Notes under the pieces: generated by a model | Told to the model about the DNA's origin: nothing | The model's database searches: none | Seen by the model: the letters and a program-made list of their open reading frames with translations, nothing else | NCBI GenBank assembly: GCA_963828195.1 | Contig: CAWHDT010000005.1 | Location: 416,001 to 480,000, forward strand | Source: Candidatus Bathyarchaeota archaeon | GTDB taxonomy: Archaea > Thermoproteota > Bathyarchaeia > Bathyarchaeales > Bathycorpusculaceae | Reading direction: 5' to 3' | Length of the DNA stretch: 64,000 nucleotides | Made by a program: the position numbers and the translations under genes | Part shown: piece by piece, positions 29,188 through 38,627 of the stretch | How positions within the stretch are numbered: the first letter of the stretch is position 1 | Layout of the letters: each line of letters starts with the position of its first letter

Positions 29188-29460
29188 TTAAGTTGAAGTT
29201 TTGATTGTTTCTTTTGAAGGCAGGATATTAAAGAAAGTTAAAACAGTAATTCCTGAAGGAGCTATAGTATATCTTTGAGTTATATTGCCTCTTGATAGCT
29301 CAGTGATTATCTCATTTTTTACTAAAAAATCAAGGTCTCTCTTCAAAGATGCCTTGTTAGGATTCTTTAAGAATAAACTCAATTGGTTGAATGTTTGGGG
29401 ACCATTCTCTGTGAGAAACTTTGAGATTTGTATGTAGTGCCCTAATTTGTTATTTAGCAT
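29188..29460 (-). CDS. winged-helix domain protein
   Basis: GPQTFNQL...LKRDLDFLVKNEII...YTIAPSG; start at ATG 29460 preferred. Confidence 0.65.
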   Translation of the reverse strand: MLNNKLGHYIQISKFLTENGPQTFNQLSLFLKNPNKASLKRDLDFLVKNEIITELSRGNITQRYTIAPSGITVLTFFNILPSKETIKTST

Positions 29461-29530
29461 ATTAGCCCAATACCGTAAAATGCGCTGTAATAAAAATATA
29501 AATCTTGCTATACAAGACTCAGACCGATGA

Positions 29531-29764
29531 CTAGCTTGACCCAGTAATTGATGTTTTTGCAATTTCAATAATGACTTTTTGAGTTAATTGCTCTTCTATT
29601 CTATCATGCTCAGCTTGTTTTTTTAAAGGATCCATTTCCTTTTGTACATGCAGTTTGGCATGTTCCTCAATACAATTAGCCATCTCTTTCAGGTCAGGAA
29701 TAATCAGAATTTCTTCGCCACATTCGCAAACAACTGTTAACATGTGCCTAAATTGTTTTTTCAT
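29531..29764 (-). CDS. small hypothetical protein, possible zinc binder (CxC...HxxxH)
   Basis: VCECGEEILIIPDL...IEEHAKLH. Confidence 0.7.
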   Translation of the reverse strand: MKKQFRHMLTVVCECGEEILIIPDLKEMANCIEEHAKLHVQKEMDPLKKQAEHDRIEEQLTQKVIIEIAKTSITGSS

Positions 29765-29974
29765 TTATTTAGTCATCGCTGGAACTGAGACTTGGACAGA
29801 GTGTGAATAATAAATGTTGTCTATTGCAGAGGATAAATAGGGCTACTGCGCAGCGCACTAGTGCTTAAAGTAAATTCAAACGTACAAAGTAAAATAGGGC
29901 GATGAAGACTTCCAAATAGAATTCTAAGGAAATCGAAAAAGAAGGATGTTGTAACAGCATTTGTTCATTAGACT

Positions 29975-30415
29975 TTAGAGTTTGTTCCGTTTTTCTTCTA
30001 TTGCTTTCTTTGCCAAAGCCACTGCATCTTCTCTTGTTTTGCCATATAATGCACCGATTTTGTCGGCATCCTCTTTGTCTACAGCTGCACCGCCTATCAT
30101 GACTGCAACTTTGCCCTTTAGTCCTTCAGCTTCTAAAGCAGAAATCAGTTTTAGAAGATTCTCTTTAGCGCCAGAAATACTGATAGTAACGACAATTATG
30201 TCAGGGTTTGCCTCTTTGACTTTTGAAATAAAATCTGCAACAGAAACATCTTTCCCTGCATCTACAGTTTTAAATTGGGCAGTTTTAAGTGATTTTCTAA
30301 CCATCTCTTTGGCAGTATCGATGATGTCAGGGTGAAGAGTGCCTATAACAATTGTTCCAATAGGATTTGCCGGTTCAGGCGGCTCTTTTTCTCTCATAGC
30401 TTTTAACCAAGACAT
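29975..30415 (-). CDS. stand-alone cobalamin-binding (B12-BD) domain protein
   Basis: IVIGTL.PDI..., VDAGKDVS, VMIGGAAV, IGA. Confidence 0.85.
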   Translation of the reverse strand: MSWLKAMREKEPPEPANPIGTIVIGTLHPDIIDTAKEMVRKSLKTAQFKTVDAGKDVSVADFISKVKEANPDIIVVTISISGAKENLLKLISALEAEGLKGKVAVMIGGAAVDKEDADKIGALYGKTREDAVALAKKAIEEKRNKL

Positions 30416-30580
30416 ACAAAAATCAATCCGTTATCTTCTAAATCGCTGTTTCAGAGATATTTGTGTTAAAACTGTATAATTAAGCATTTGCACATTCATG
30501 GAAAAGATACAAGTTTTGATGTACAGACTTTACCTGTATTTTCTGATGGATATGCAGAGTTAAAAAAAGAAAAACTGGGT

Positions 30581-30875
30581 TTAGTAGGGGATTGCTGCTT
30601 GGTTTCGTGTTTCCTCAACTATGGGGAGCACCTGTTTTAGTTCTTTGAAGTATTTCAGAACGGTTATTCCACGCTGCGTCACGGCGTAAACTACACGTTC
30701 TTTCCCTCAGTGTGCGTTGTTCGACTAAGCCTTGTTTTATGAGGAAGTCAAGGTACTCTTTTAGGACACAGCAGTTAACGTTTGCTTTATACATTACGTG
30801 AGTCAGCTTTAGGGGTCCTTTATGGGCAAGAACCGAGAGGATGTCAACATACATTTCTAGTTTGGAGCGTCTCAT
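30581..30875 (-). pseudogene. HTH_45-type winged-helix regulator with a 1-nt frameshift
   Basis: MRRSKLEMYVDIL...LTHVMYKANVN. Near 30705 an extra base; the alternative frame gives KERVVYAVTQRGITVLKYFKELKQVLPI...*. Confidence 0.8.
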
Positions 30876-31034
30876 ACTTGATCGTTCCACTATTAAGCTG
30901 AAATCAGAATTAACGATATGTGTGTCGCAAAAAACATAGCCATTTGGCTACGGCTTGTGTATTTCTGTTGTACACATCTACAAGTTGAATTTGCGGTTCA
31001 TAACGTTTATTTTTGGCCCAGCGTTGGAGAGGAT

Positions 31035-31199
31035 ATGTTGCAGCGGCAGAGCGCTAAAAAGCTGCATGCGCCTTCAGAGGGCTCGTTAAAGAGGGTTCTT
31101 GCCGATTCCGGATATTCCGAGGAAACAGCGTATAAGATCTGGAAATGGTATAACCCCAAAACCGATCTTGGTCCACTCAAAGAGGCTAATCAGCTTTAG
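31035..31199 (+). CDS. small hypothetical protein
   Basis: 54 aa after a GGAGAGG RBS (SGYSEETAYKIWKWY). Confidence 0.5.
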   Translation: MLQRQSAKKLHAPSEGSLKRVLADSGYSEETAYKIWKWYNPKTDLGPLKEANQL

Positions 31200-31359
31200 A
31201 ATTGAATAAACCTAATACCGCACCTTGCAGAGAAGTTTCAACTAAAAGGGCTTTTTCCACGCAGTTTATGGTGCAACTTAACATAAGGAAGTTTTTCCTA
31301 AAAATACAAACGCTTTTTAATGGTAGGGTTTGCTATTATGAACTAAAACGGGGTTAGTC

Positions 31360-31926
31360 ATGAACGCTGATAAGTTGGTTGTTGGTTTAGCTGGGATGCC
31401 TGGGGCAGGCAAATCGTTAGTTGTTGAAGCGGCAGTTGACTATGGTTACTCCATTGTTGTTATGGGCGACGTGGTCAGGGAGGAAACTAGGAAGCTTGGT
31501 TTGGATTTGACTCCGCAGAATGTGGGGAAAGTGATGCTTCAGCTGCGGGCAGATGGCGGAGTTGGCGTGGTCGCTCAGAAATGTATTCCTAAAATTGAAG
31601 CACAAACCGGCGGCAGGGTTCTTGTGGATGGTTTAAGAAGTCTATACGAGGTTGACGCGTTCAAAGCGTATTTTGCCAGGTTCAGCGTTGTCGCTGTGCA
31701 TGCTTCGCCTGAAGCAAGGTTTAATCGTCTTTTTAATCGCCGCCGAAGCGATGACCCAAGCGGATGGGCCGTTTTCCTTGATCGGGATACAAGGGAGCTT
31801 AGCGTTGGCTTGGGCAACGTGATAGCGTTGGCTGAGCAGATGATAGTTAACGATAATAGTGTTGAGGAGGTTAAGCCTAAAGTTGCGGAGGCTCTGAGGA
31901 GGATTGAGGCGAAATGGCTGAAGTAA
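31360..31926 (+). CDS. P-loop kinase, UPF0200 / dephospho-CoA kinase-like
   Basis: GMPGAGKS, MGDVVRE, DGLRS..E, R.RSDD. Confidence 0.88.
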   Translation: MNADKLVVGLAGMPGAGKSLVVEAAVDYGYSIVVMGDVVREETRKLGLDLTPQNVGKVMLQLRADGGVGVVAQKCIPKIEAQTGGRVLVDGLRSLYEVDAFKAYFARFSVVAVHASPEARFNRLFNRRRSDDPSGWAVFLDRDTRELSVGLGNVIALAEQMIVNDNSVEEVKPKVAEALRRIEAKWLK

Positions 31927-32318
31927 CTGTTCATGCCCAAGCTGAAGTTAACCCGACGGAGAGCGAAGAAAAGGTGAAGACGGCGGTCACTAACGTTTTA
32001 GGAAACGCCTCCATAACGGTTAAGCCGTCTGGCAGAGCAAACATTTTGACGGCTGAAGCTAAAGGACAAGATTCTCTTTTTAAACTGCGCAACATTCTGC
32101 GCAGTGACAGGATTCGTGATGCCTCCCGAAGGGCGCTTTTTCACAGTATAAGAGGGAACACCATTGGTTTCTGCTTAAACAAGCAAGTCGCGTTTGCGGG
32201 GCACGTCTCCTTTTCGGAAGAAACCGCGGAATCACCCTTAGGTCCTATACAGGTAACGATTGAAACTGACGATCCGCTGCAGCTTATCGAGTGGCTGGCA
32301 GAAAAAACCGAGAGATAG
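31914..32318 (+). CDS. UPF0201/DUF54 putative RNA-binding protein
   Basis: VNPTESEEKV, LNKQVAFAG, ESPLGPI. Confidence 0.88.
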   Translation: MAEVTVHAQAEVNPTESEEKVKTAVTNVLGNASITVKPSGRANILTAEAKGQDSLFKLRNILRSDRIRDASRRALFHSIRGNTIGFCLNKQVAFAGHVSFSEETAESPLGPIQVTIETDDPLQLIEWLAEKTER

Positions 32319-32330
32319 AAGGCACACGGC

Positions 32331-33347
32331 TTGTCTGCTAGGGCTCAGGTAACGAAAAACGGCGCGGTTTTGCTTGGCGACAGCGTCGCCTGCGACGCTT
32401 TCAGCGAGAGGCCTTTGCGGATTGTAACTCATGCACACGCGGACCATCTCGGTGGACTGCGGAAGAGTTTGAGTTGCTGTGAGAAGGTTTTGATGACTAA
32501 AGCCACCCGAGACCTCGCGGAGACGCTTGATGACTCGCTCAAGCTTCGGGATGCCGCAGTTGAAACGTTGGAGTACGGAAAAAGCATGAGGTTCGGCGAA
32601 GAGCAAATTACGCTGCTAAAGGCGGATCACATTTTGGGTGCAGCGCAGGTGCTTGTTGAGGATGCTGGCGGAATACGGGTTGCTTACAGCGGCGACTTCA
32701 GAATTGACGATACTCCGGTGGTTGAATGTGATGTTTTGGTTGTTGACGCAACTTATGGGAGCCCCTCTTTCAGGCGCTCTTTTGATGTTGATGTGCGGGA
32801 GCTTTTAGTCAGCATGATTGAGAAGCGTTTACGCGGCGGCACAGTGTATGTTTTTGGTTATCACGGCAAACTGCAGGAAATCATGCAGCTCCTCAGAAAC
32901 GCGGATGTTTCTGTGCCTTTTGTTATGCCGGAGCGGGTTTATCAAGTTACGAAGGTTTGCGAGCAACACGGGATGCAGTTGGGTTGCCTGTCCCTCTCAA
33001 CTGATGATGATGGGCGCGAACTTTTAGGCGGGAACCTTCCATGCGTCGCGTTTTACCACATGAATTCCCGCGGGTACGTTGGCTTGAATAATTCTCGCAT
33101 CTGCGTCAGCGGCTGGGAATTCAATTCGGCGTGCAGGCAGATTGGCGACCGAGAATACTTAGTTGCCTTAAGCGACCACTCAGATTTTGACGGGGTACTA
33201 GAATATGTTAAACGCACAAAAGCCAAAAAAGTCATCACAGACAATTACCGCGGGGGACATGGCACAATTTTAGCTAAAGAAATTCATAAGCGCCTCGGCG
33301 TTTCGGCAGTGGCAATGCCAAGAGCCAAAGGGCAAACCACACTGTAA
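32331..33347 (+). CDS. metallo-beta-lactamase fold nuclease (beta-CASP-like)
   Basis: THAHADH, HILGAAQ, YSGD, DATYG, LSDHSDF. Confidence 0.88.
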   Translation: MSARAQVTKNGAVLLGDSVACDAFSERPLRIVTHAHADHLGGLRKSLSCCEKVLMTKATRDLAETLDDSLKLRDAAVETLEYGKSMRFGEEQITLLKADHILGAAQVLVEDAGGIRVAYSGDFRIDDTPVVECDVLVVDATYGSPSFRRSFDVDVRELLVSMIEKRLRGGTVYVFGYHGKLQEIMQLLRNADVSVPFVMPERVYQVTKVCEQHGMQLGCLSLSTDDDGRELLGGNLPCVAFYHMNSRGYVGLNNSRICVSGWEFNSACRQIGDREYLVALSDHSDFDGVLEYVKRTKAKKVITDNYRGGHGTILAKEIHKRLGVSAVAMPRAKGQTTL

Positions 33348-33413
33348 GCCACCAAGTTTGCCTTAAAGCTTAAAAGCGAAAAATCAGACTAATCATTCTC
33401 AACTTACAGGTAA

Positions 33414-34700
33414 ATGAAGGAAGGAAATATGGCTAAAACATCAGTTATTTCAGGTTTCTACAAGCTTTCGGCGAAAGAGCGGTTAGCGATAGTGAAGGAT
33501 TTTGCAGGCTTAACCGACGAGGAAGTCCACTTGCTTGAGAACACGGGTTCAGTGCCCTTCGAACTGGTTGATCACATGGTGGAAAACGTTATCGGCGTCC
33601 TCCCTGAACCTTTGGGTCTTGCAGTCAACTTTCAAATTAACGGTAAAGACTATTTGATTCCGATGGCTACGGAGGAGCCAAGCGTTATCGCCGCTGCCTG
33701 CTACGCTGCTAAAATGGTTCGCGACGGCGGAGGATTCCACACCAGCAGCACAACGCCGATTATGATTGGTCAAGTTCAAGTCGTCGGCTTAAAAGACCCC
33801 AAGCTTGCTCAAAAGAAAGTTTTAGATGCAAAAGCTGAAATCCTAAAGAAAGCAAACGACCAAGATCCAGTTTTGAACTCTTTCGGCGGCGGAGCCAAAG
33901 ATTTGGGTGCGAAAATCATCGATACGTCGATGGGGCAAATGTTGATTGTTGAATTGTATGTTGATTGCCGTGACGCTATGGGCGGCAACGCGGTTAACAC
34001 TATGGCTGAAGCAGTAGCGCCGATGCTTGAGCAGCTAACAGGCGGACACGTTTACCTGCGCATCATCTCTAACTTAGCGACTAAACGGATGGCGAAAGCA
34101 TGGTGCACCGTACCCAAAGAATCTCTTGGCGGAGAAGCAGCTGTGGACGGCATCGCTTACGCCTCGGCTTTTGCGGAAGCTGACCCGTACCGCGCTGCAA
34201 CCCACAACAAAGGCGCAATGAACGGCATAATCGCTGTGGTTTTGGCAACAGGCAACGACCACCGCGCCATCGAAGCCGGAGGACACGCCTACGCTGCGCT
34301 GAATGGACAATACACGAGCTTTTCAAAGTGGACAAAAAACAAAAACGGAGACTTAGAAGGCGTAATCGAGTTGCCGATGGCGGTAGGCTTAATCGGCGGC
34401 GCAGTAAAAACCCATCCCATAGCAAGAATCGCAATGAAAATCTTAAACGTCAAAACAGCCAACGAATTCGCAGAAGTCCTGGCGGCAGTCGGCTTAGCCC
34501 AAAACCTAGGCGCCCTACGAGCGCTGGCAAACGAAGGAATCCAACGCGGCCACATGAACCTGCACGCAAGAAACATAGCCATCACCGCAGGCGCCAAAGA
34601 CGACATGGTTGACAAGGTTGCAGCACAGATGGTTAAAGAACGCAAAGTCCGAGTGGACAGAGCCAAAGAAATCCTAGAAGAACTAACAAAAAAACAATAA
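33414..34700 (+). CDS. mvaA: HMG-CoA reductase, class II
   Basis: ENVIG, PMATEEPSV, DAMGGN, ATHNKG, EGIQRGHM.LH. Confidence 0.95.
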   Translation: MKEGNMAKTSVISGFYKLSAKERLAIVKDFAGLTDEEVHLLENTGSVPFELVDHMVENVIGVLPEPLGLAVNFQINGKDYLIPMATEEPSVIAAACYAAKMVRDGGGFHTSSTTPIMIGQVQVVGLKDPKLAQKKVLDAKAEILKKANDQDPVLNSFGGGAKDLGAKIIDTSMGQMLIVELYVDCRDAMGGNAVNTMAEAVAPMLEQLTGGHVYLRIISNLATKRMAKAWCTVPKESLGGEAAVDGIAYASAFAEADPYRAATHNKGAMNGIIAVVLATGNDHRAIEAGGHAYAALNGQYTSFSKWTKNKNGDLEGVIELPMAVGLIGGAVKTHPIARIAMKILNVKTANEFAEVLAAVGLAQNLGALRALANEGIQRGHMNLHARNIAITAGAKDDMVDKVAAQMVKERKVRVDRAKEILEELTKKQ

Positions 34701-34800
34701 CCCCCTTTCTTTTCCACTAGCCTGATTAGTCGAGTACCAGAAACCAGAAGGCGGGTTACAACCAACATACCAGCCTCCTAAAACGTAAAATACTTTGTAA

Positions 34801-35176
34801 TTAGACGATTCTTATGTTGTCTTTGCCAACATTGGCGAGTTTTTGATCCCTCGTTAACAATACTTCATCGTGTGCCAGTGAAATGCCCGCGATAAGCAAA
34901 TCGTTCTCATTGACCGTTCTTCCAGCATCCTGTAATTTTTCAAAAAGGAGGGCGGCTTCTTTGGCGGCGGCTCTGTCGAAAGAGTAAACCGCTGCTCCAG
35001 ACAGGAACCTTTCAGCCGCTTGTTTCTTTATTTTAACCTTGTGCCTGAGCAATTCATACTCAGTTATCGTTGTGGTTTTGACGTCTTCTTTCGTGGAGAG
35101 TTCTCTCATTAAAGCAACAATTTTTTGGTCGCCAGTCAAAGAAATCTATTATGACGCTGGTATCGAGAAGTGTCAC
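34801..35176 (-). pseudogene. vapC: VapC toxin with a 1-nt frameshift near the 5' end
   Basis: GTG at 35176 gives MTLLDTSVIIDF, then an extra T before LTGDQKI...DLLIAG..LLTRD; span is 376 nt. Confidence 0.8.
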
Positions 35177-35400
35177 TCAAATGTCCGTCCGTAATTTGCT
35201 TCTCTTTCTGCGGCTATTTGGGCTTTCAACCGCTCAAGTTCTTCTTTATCATCCTTTAAGATGCCCGCTAAGCTCATAATATCAAATTTTTCTTCTTTGT
35301 GACAGAGGCTTTCTTTAATTACCTGCGAAAAACTCTTCTTGCCTTTTCGTTTTAAGAGCAGTTCGTAGACTTCGTTTGAGACTGAAATCTGTCTTGCCAT
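35173..35400 (-). CDS. VapB-family antitoxin
   Basis: RQISVSNEVYELL...KSFSQVI; overlaps the vapC start. Confidence 0.88.
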   Translation of the reverse strand: MARQISVSNEVYELLLKRKGKKSFSQVIKESLCHKEEKFDIMSLAGILKDDKEELERLKAQIAAEREANYGRTFE

Positions 35401-35488
35401 AACTCCACTGATACATAAATGTATACATGCTTCCGATAAATCTTCCCGGATGAAGCCTCCACCTAAAGGGAGAATAAAATTAACTCTT

Positions 35489-35905
35489 TCAGGTACCCCT
35501 GTTTTTTAAATAATCTTTAATCATTTTGTCGTGTTCAAACGCCAGTGGGGAAGGAAGCTCGTTTAGATTGAAAATTTGGATTTCTTGTATTTCGCTTTCC
35601 TGCCGCTTTATTTCTCCGCCGACCATTTTAACAAGAAAACACGCTGGGTAATACTCGTAATCCACGTCGTCTTTGACTCCTTTCTCAATGTACTCGCCGA
35701 TTTTGCGGACAATGGTTACGTCAAGACCCGTTTCCTCTTTGACCTCGCGGACGATGGTTTGCTCGACGGTTTCGCCTGGATCCATTCTGCCGCCGGGCAA
35801 AGCCCAGTAACCCTTGAAGGGCACAGTGTCCCTTTTGACAAGCAGAATTTTATCGTTGGGAAACGGTATTATTGCAGTTGCGGTTTTACCAGTATATTTC
35901 TTCAT
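35489..35905 (-). CDS. NUDIX hydrolase
   Basis: PGGRMDPGE......REVKEETGL Nudix box. Confidence 0.95.
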   Translation of the reverse strand: MKKYTGKTATAIIPFPNDKILLVKRDTVPFKGYWALPGGRMDPGETVEQTIVREVKEETGLDVTIVRKIGEYIEKGVKDDVDYEYYPACFLVKMVGGEIKRQESEIQEIQIFNLNELPSPLAFEHDKMIKDYLKNRGT

Positions 35906-36002
35906 AACTCCACCGACTAAACAGTTAATTCAGGCTCTTGGGTAGCAATAAGTTTTTTGAAATGGACATTTGGGGATTTGCCGAAAAAAAGAAAAGGGTG
36001 GT

Positions 36003-36881
36003 TTATGCGTTTTGGTCTTGTTTCAATGTGCTTGTAAATGTATCAACAATGTTTTCGCTGGCGGTGCCGACGTTAAATGGGATGGTTACCTGTAAGTTGC
36101 TTTGGATCTGTTTGCAGGTGCCGTATTCCAAGTATGATTGTCCTGAAAGATTCAAGCTTTCATCTGAGAGGGGGGTTGAGTTTTGTGTCGCTGAGAAGTC
36201 GATTCTGAAGACTTTGTAGGTTCCTGCTGGAACAGTTAAACTTTGAATGTCTTTGAAGGTGACTGTCAAGTTTGTAGGTGGAACAGAGCTTGATGCTTCA
36301 GTATTTAACGGAACTTGCCATGTGTCTCCAACTTTGGCTTGTGACTGATCAAAGGCTGCCGACATCACTGGACTTGTGCTGGTAGAGTTCAAAGCCAAAT
36401 CTGTTAACTGTAGTCCAACAGGTAACAAAGCGAGAACAGTGACCATCTCACTGGATTTCACCGCTATAACTTGTGAACTTGTCATGGAGTAGCCGCCCTC
36501 GGACGTGACGCTTGTGTAGTTCAGCGTATAGGTTTGCCCATCAAAACTAACTACATCCACAGTTAAGGTGCTTTGTGAACTTACGTTGGAGGAGGAGTTT
36601 CCAGTTTGAGTAGACATGGAATTTGTCACGTCGTAAGTCAGTTTTTCGCCGGCAGAATATTGCACCCCAAGAGATATTACATCAGCAGTGCCCTGGGGGA
36701 TAAGCAGCACCGATGCAACAAGAATAACTGCGATGGCTGCGATTGCAGCGATGGTGATGTACAGTTTCTTTCCAAATCGCTTCTTAGATGGCGCTTGCGC
36801 CGTCGGCTGTTCCGGAGGCAGAGAAGTTGGTGGCGCTTCTGAAGCAGCAGAACCAAAAAGTTGTTTTATCATTTGATTCAC
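36003..36881 (-). CDS. membrane-anchored exported protein
   Basis: Single TM, Ser/Thr-rich beta domain, VPAGTY motif. Confidence 0.75.
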   Translation of the reverse strand: MNQMIKQLFGSAASEAPPTSLPPEQPTAQAPSKKRFGKKLYITIAAIAAIAVILVASVLLIPQGTADVISLGVQYSAGEKLTYDVTNSMSTQTGNSSSNVSSQSTLTVDVVSFDGQTYTLNYTSVTSEGGYSMTSSQVIAVKSSEMVTVLALLPVGLQLTDLALNSTSTSPVMSAAFDQSQAKVGDTWQVPLNTEASSSVPPTNLTVTFKDIQSLTVPAGTYKVFRIDFSATQNSTPLSDESLNLSGQSYLEYGTCKQIQSNLQVTIPFNVGTASENIVDTFTSTLKQDQNA

Positions 36882-36953
36882 ATCGTGTTCTTCCAGTTTG
36901 TTTGTCTATTCTTATAAGACTTTTCTTAAGTTTTATTCGGGCAAGAATTGCGT

Positions 36954-38576
36954 TTATAGCGTGTCGTTTAAAACCTGATATTCTTTGTCTGAGAGCCAAC
37001 CTTCACGGTTCAAGTAAACCAAGCCTTTAGCTACGTTGTCATGGGCAGCTTTTGTGTTTAAGAAGTTATTTTTTTCTCCTAAATTTTTGATTTCACCATC
37101 TAATAAGCTGTCTTGTTTAGCAAGCACTTGAACCTTGACAATAAGAGCTGTTATCTCTTTGAACCGCGGGATAAAAAGTTCTTTAATTTTTGACCTGCCG
37201 AATGCACCCTTAAGTTTGGCGGCTAAACTGATGGGGCTTATCATTGATGGCGGCAAAAAAATGTAACGTCTGCTTAATCCTGCTTGATAGCAAGCAACGT
37301 AGAAGGGCACATAAAACAACGCTGGGCTCTTTAACTGCTGCTCCTTAGTGCCAACCATTTCAAACCTTGCGTTAACTGCTTCGCCCATTTTGATGACGCT
37401 GCTAAGACCGTCTTTTACGGGTTTTTCCAGTTTAAGCAAAGTCTCAGTTTTCTGTTTAAAAACAAGCACTTTAGCGTCGCGGGCAGCTTCAAGGTCAAGC
37501 AGAGGTTGACGAGCCAACTTGATTTCTGCGTCAAGGTCAAGCTGCATCTTCGATGTTTTCTTAGTTTTTTGCGTGTTTAAGTTTTTGATGCTGTTTTCAA
37601 TGCGTTTTAGCTCTTTTTTTAGTCCGTCAAGTTCTTTTTTTGCGTGACGGCTTTTTTCTTTCCATGATTTTTCATAAATTGAATGGTTTTTTTCTGCTTG
37701 GACCTTTGCTTCTTTGTTGAAAAGCTTGATTTTTTCTTCGTTGTCTTCCATGAATTTTGTTGTTTTGGCTTTTAATTTTTCGAGACTTTCAAGTTCTTCA
37801 TTAAAGCTTCTGGTAACCTGCGCGATTTGCCGTTTGTACTCGCTGTTTAGCTTGGCAATTTTGGGGTTGACAAGTTCCTCTTGAGCGTTGATTTTTGCGT
37901 TCGCCTCGTCCCTTACCGCTTCAGCTGCGTAATCAAGCTCGGTCATGTATTGGCTGGTTGTCTTATTTACGAATCTTTGGCATTCTGAAAGCTCCTCAGC
38001 GTCTTCCTTGAGGAACGATTGTAACTTACCCATTTCATCTAACATCGAAGAAACAGTTGCCGCTTCCAATGTTGGGGATAGCAGAGTTAACTTTGCCGCC
38101 TGATCTGTTACCTCTACTGCTTCTTTGCGGTAAACGCTGAACTCTTTTTTAAAATTCAAATCTGCAATTATGCTTCTCAGCAGGAACGTTTTCTCTTTTT
38201 GAGGCTGCTTAAAGTAACTGTTGTGGTCAGACAAAAAAGCCATGTAATCTTCCATAGTCTTCGAGTTACTCTCAAGGCTCTCCAGAAACGCTTTAGCCGG
38301 GGGCAAATCAGCATAGTTCAGGTTATAATTGTAACTGTCTAAGCCGTCGAACATATAGGCGGTTTCGCTCTTGGGAAACAGCCACAGCGGATAACCCATT
38401 TTCACGATGAAAAGAAGTTTCTCTTCCGGCTGCTTCACTATTAAGCCGCCGCCTTTCGCTCGTTCAAACTTAGCAAGCGCGTAAACAGCAGCCGCTTCCA
38501 CTTCAGAACCAAATGTTGCTGTGCTTTTCTCAGGAGAAAAAGTTAAGATGTATCGTTTAACTGCAGAGTTTAACAT
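36954..38576 (-). CDS. long coiled-coil hypothetical protein
   Basis: 540 aa; central Lys/Glu heptads flanked by YPLW and YVPFY globular parts. Confidence 0.75.
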   Translation of the reverse strand: MLNSAVKRYILTFSPEKSTATFGSEVEAAAVYALAKFERAKGGGLIVKQPEEKLLFIVKMGYPLWLFPKSETAYMFDGLDSYNYNLNYADLPPAKAFLESLESNSKTMEDYMAFLSDHNSYFKQPQKEKTFLLRSIIADLNFKKEFSVYRKEAVEVTDQAAKLTLLSPTLEAATVSSMLDEMGKLQSFLKEDAEELSECQRFVNKTTSQYMTELDYAAEAVRDEANAKINAQEELVNPKIAKLNSEYKRQIAQVTRSFNEELESLEKLKAKTTKFMEDNEEKIKLFNKEAKVQAEKNHSIYEKSWKEKSRHAKKELDGLKKELKRIENSIKNLNTQKTKKTSKMQLDLDAEIKLARQPLLDLEAARDAKVLVFKQKTETLLKLEKPVKDGLSSVIKMGEAVNARFEMVGTKEQQLKSPALFYVPFYVACYQAGLSRRYIFLPPSMISPISLAAKLKGAFGRSKIKELFIPRFKEITALIVKVQVLAKQDSLLDGEIKNLGEKNNFLNTKAAHDNVAKGLVYLNREGWLSDKEYQVLNDTL

Positions 38577-38627
38577 TGAAAGTCAGCACAAAGTATAGGA
38601 GACTACTTTTTTAAAATTTGTCCTTGC

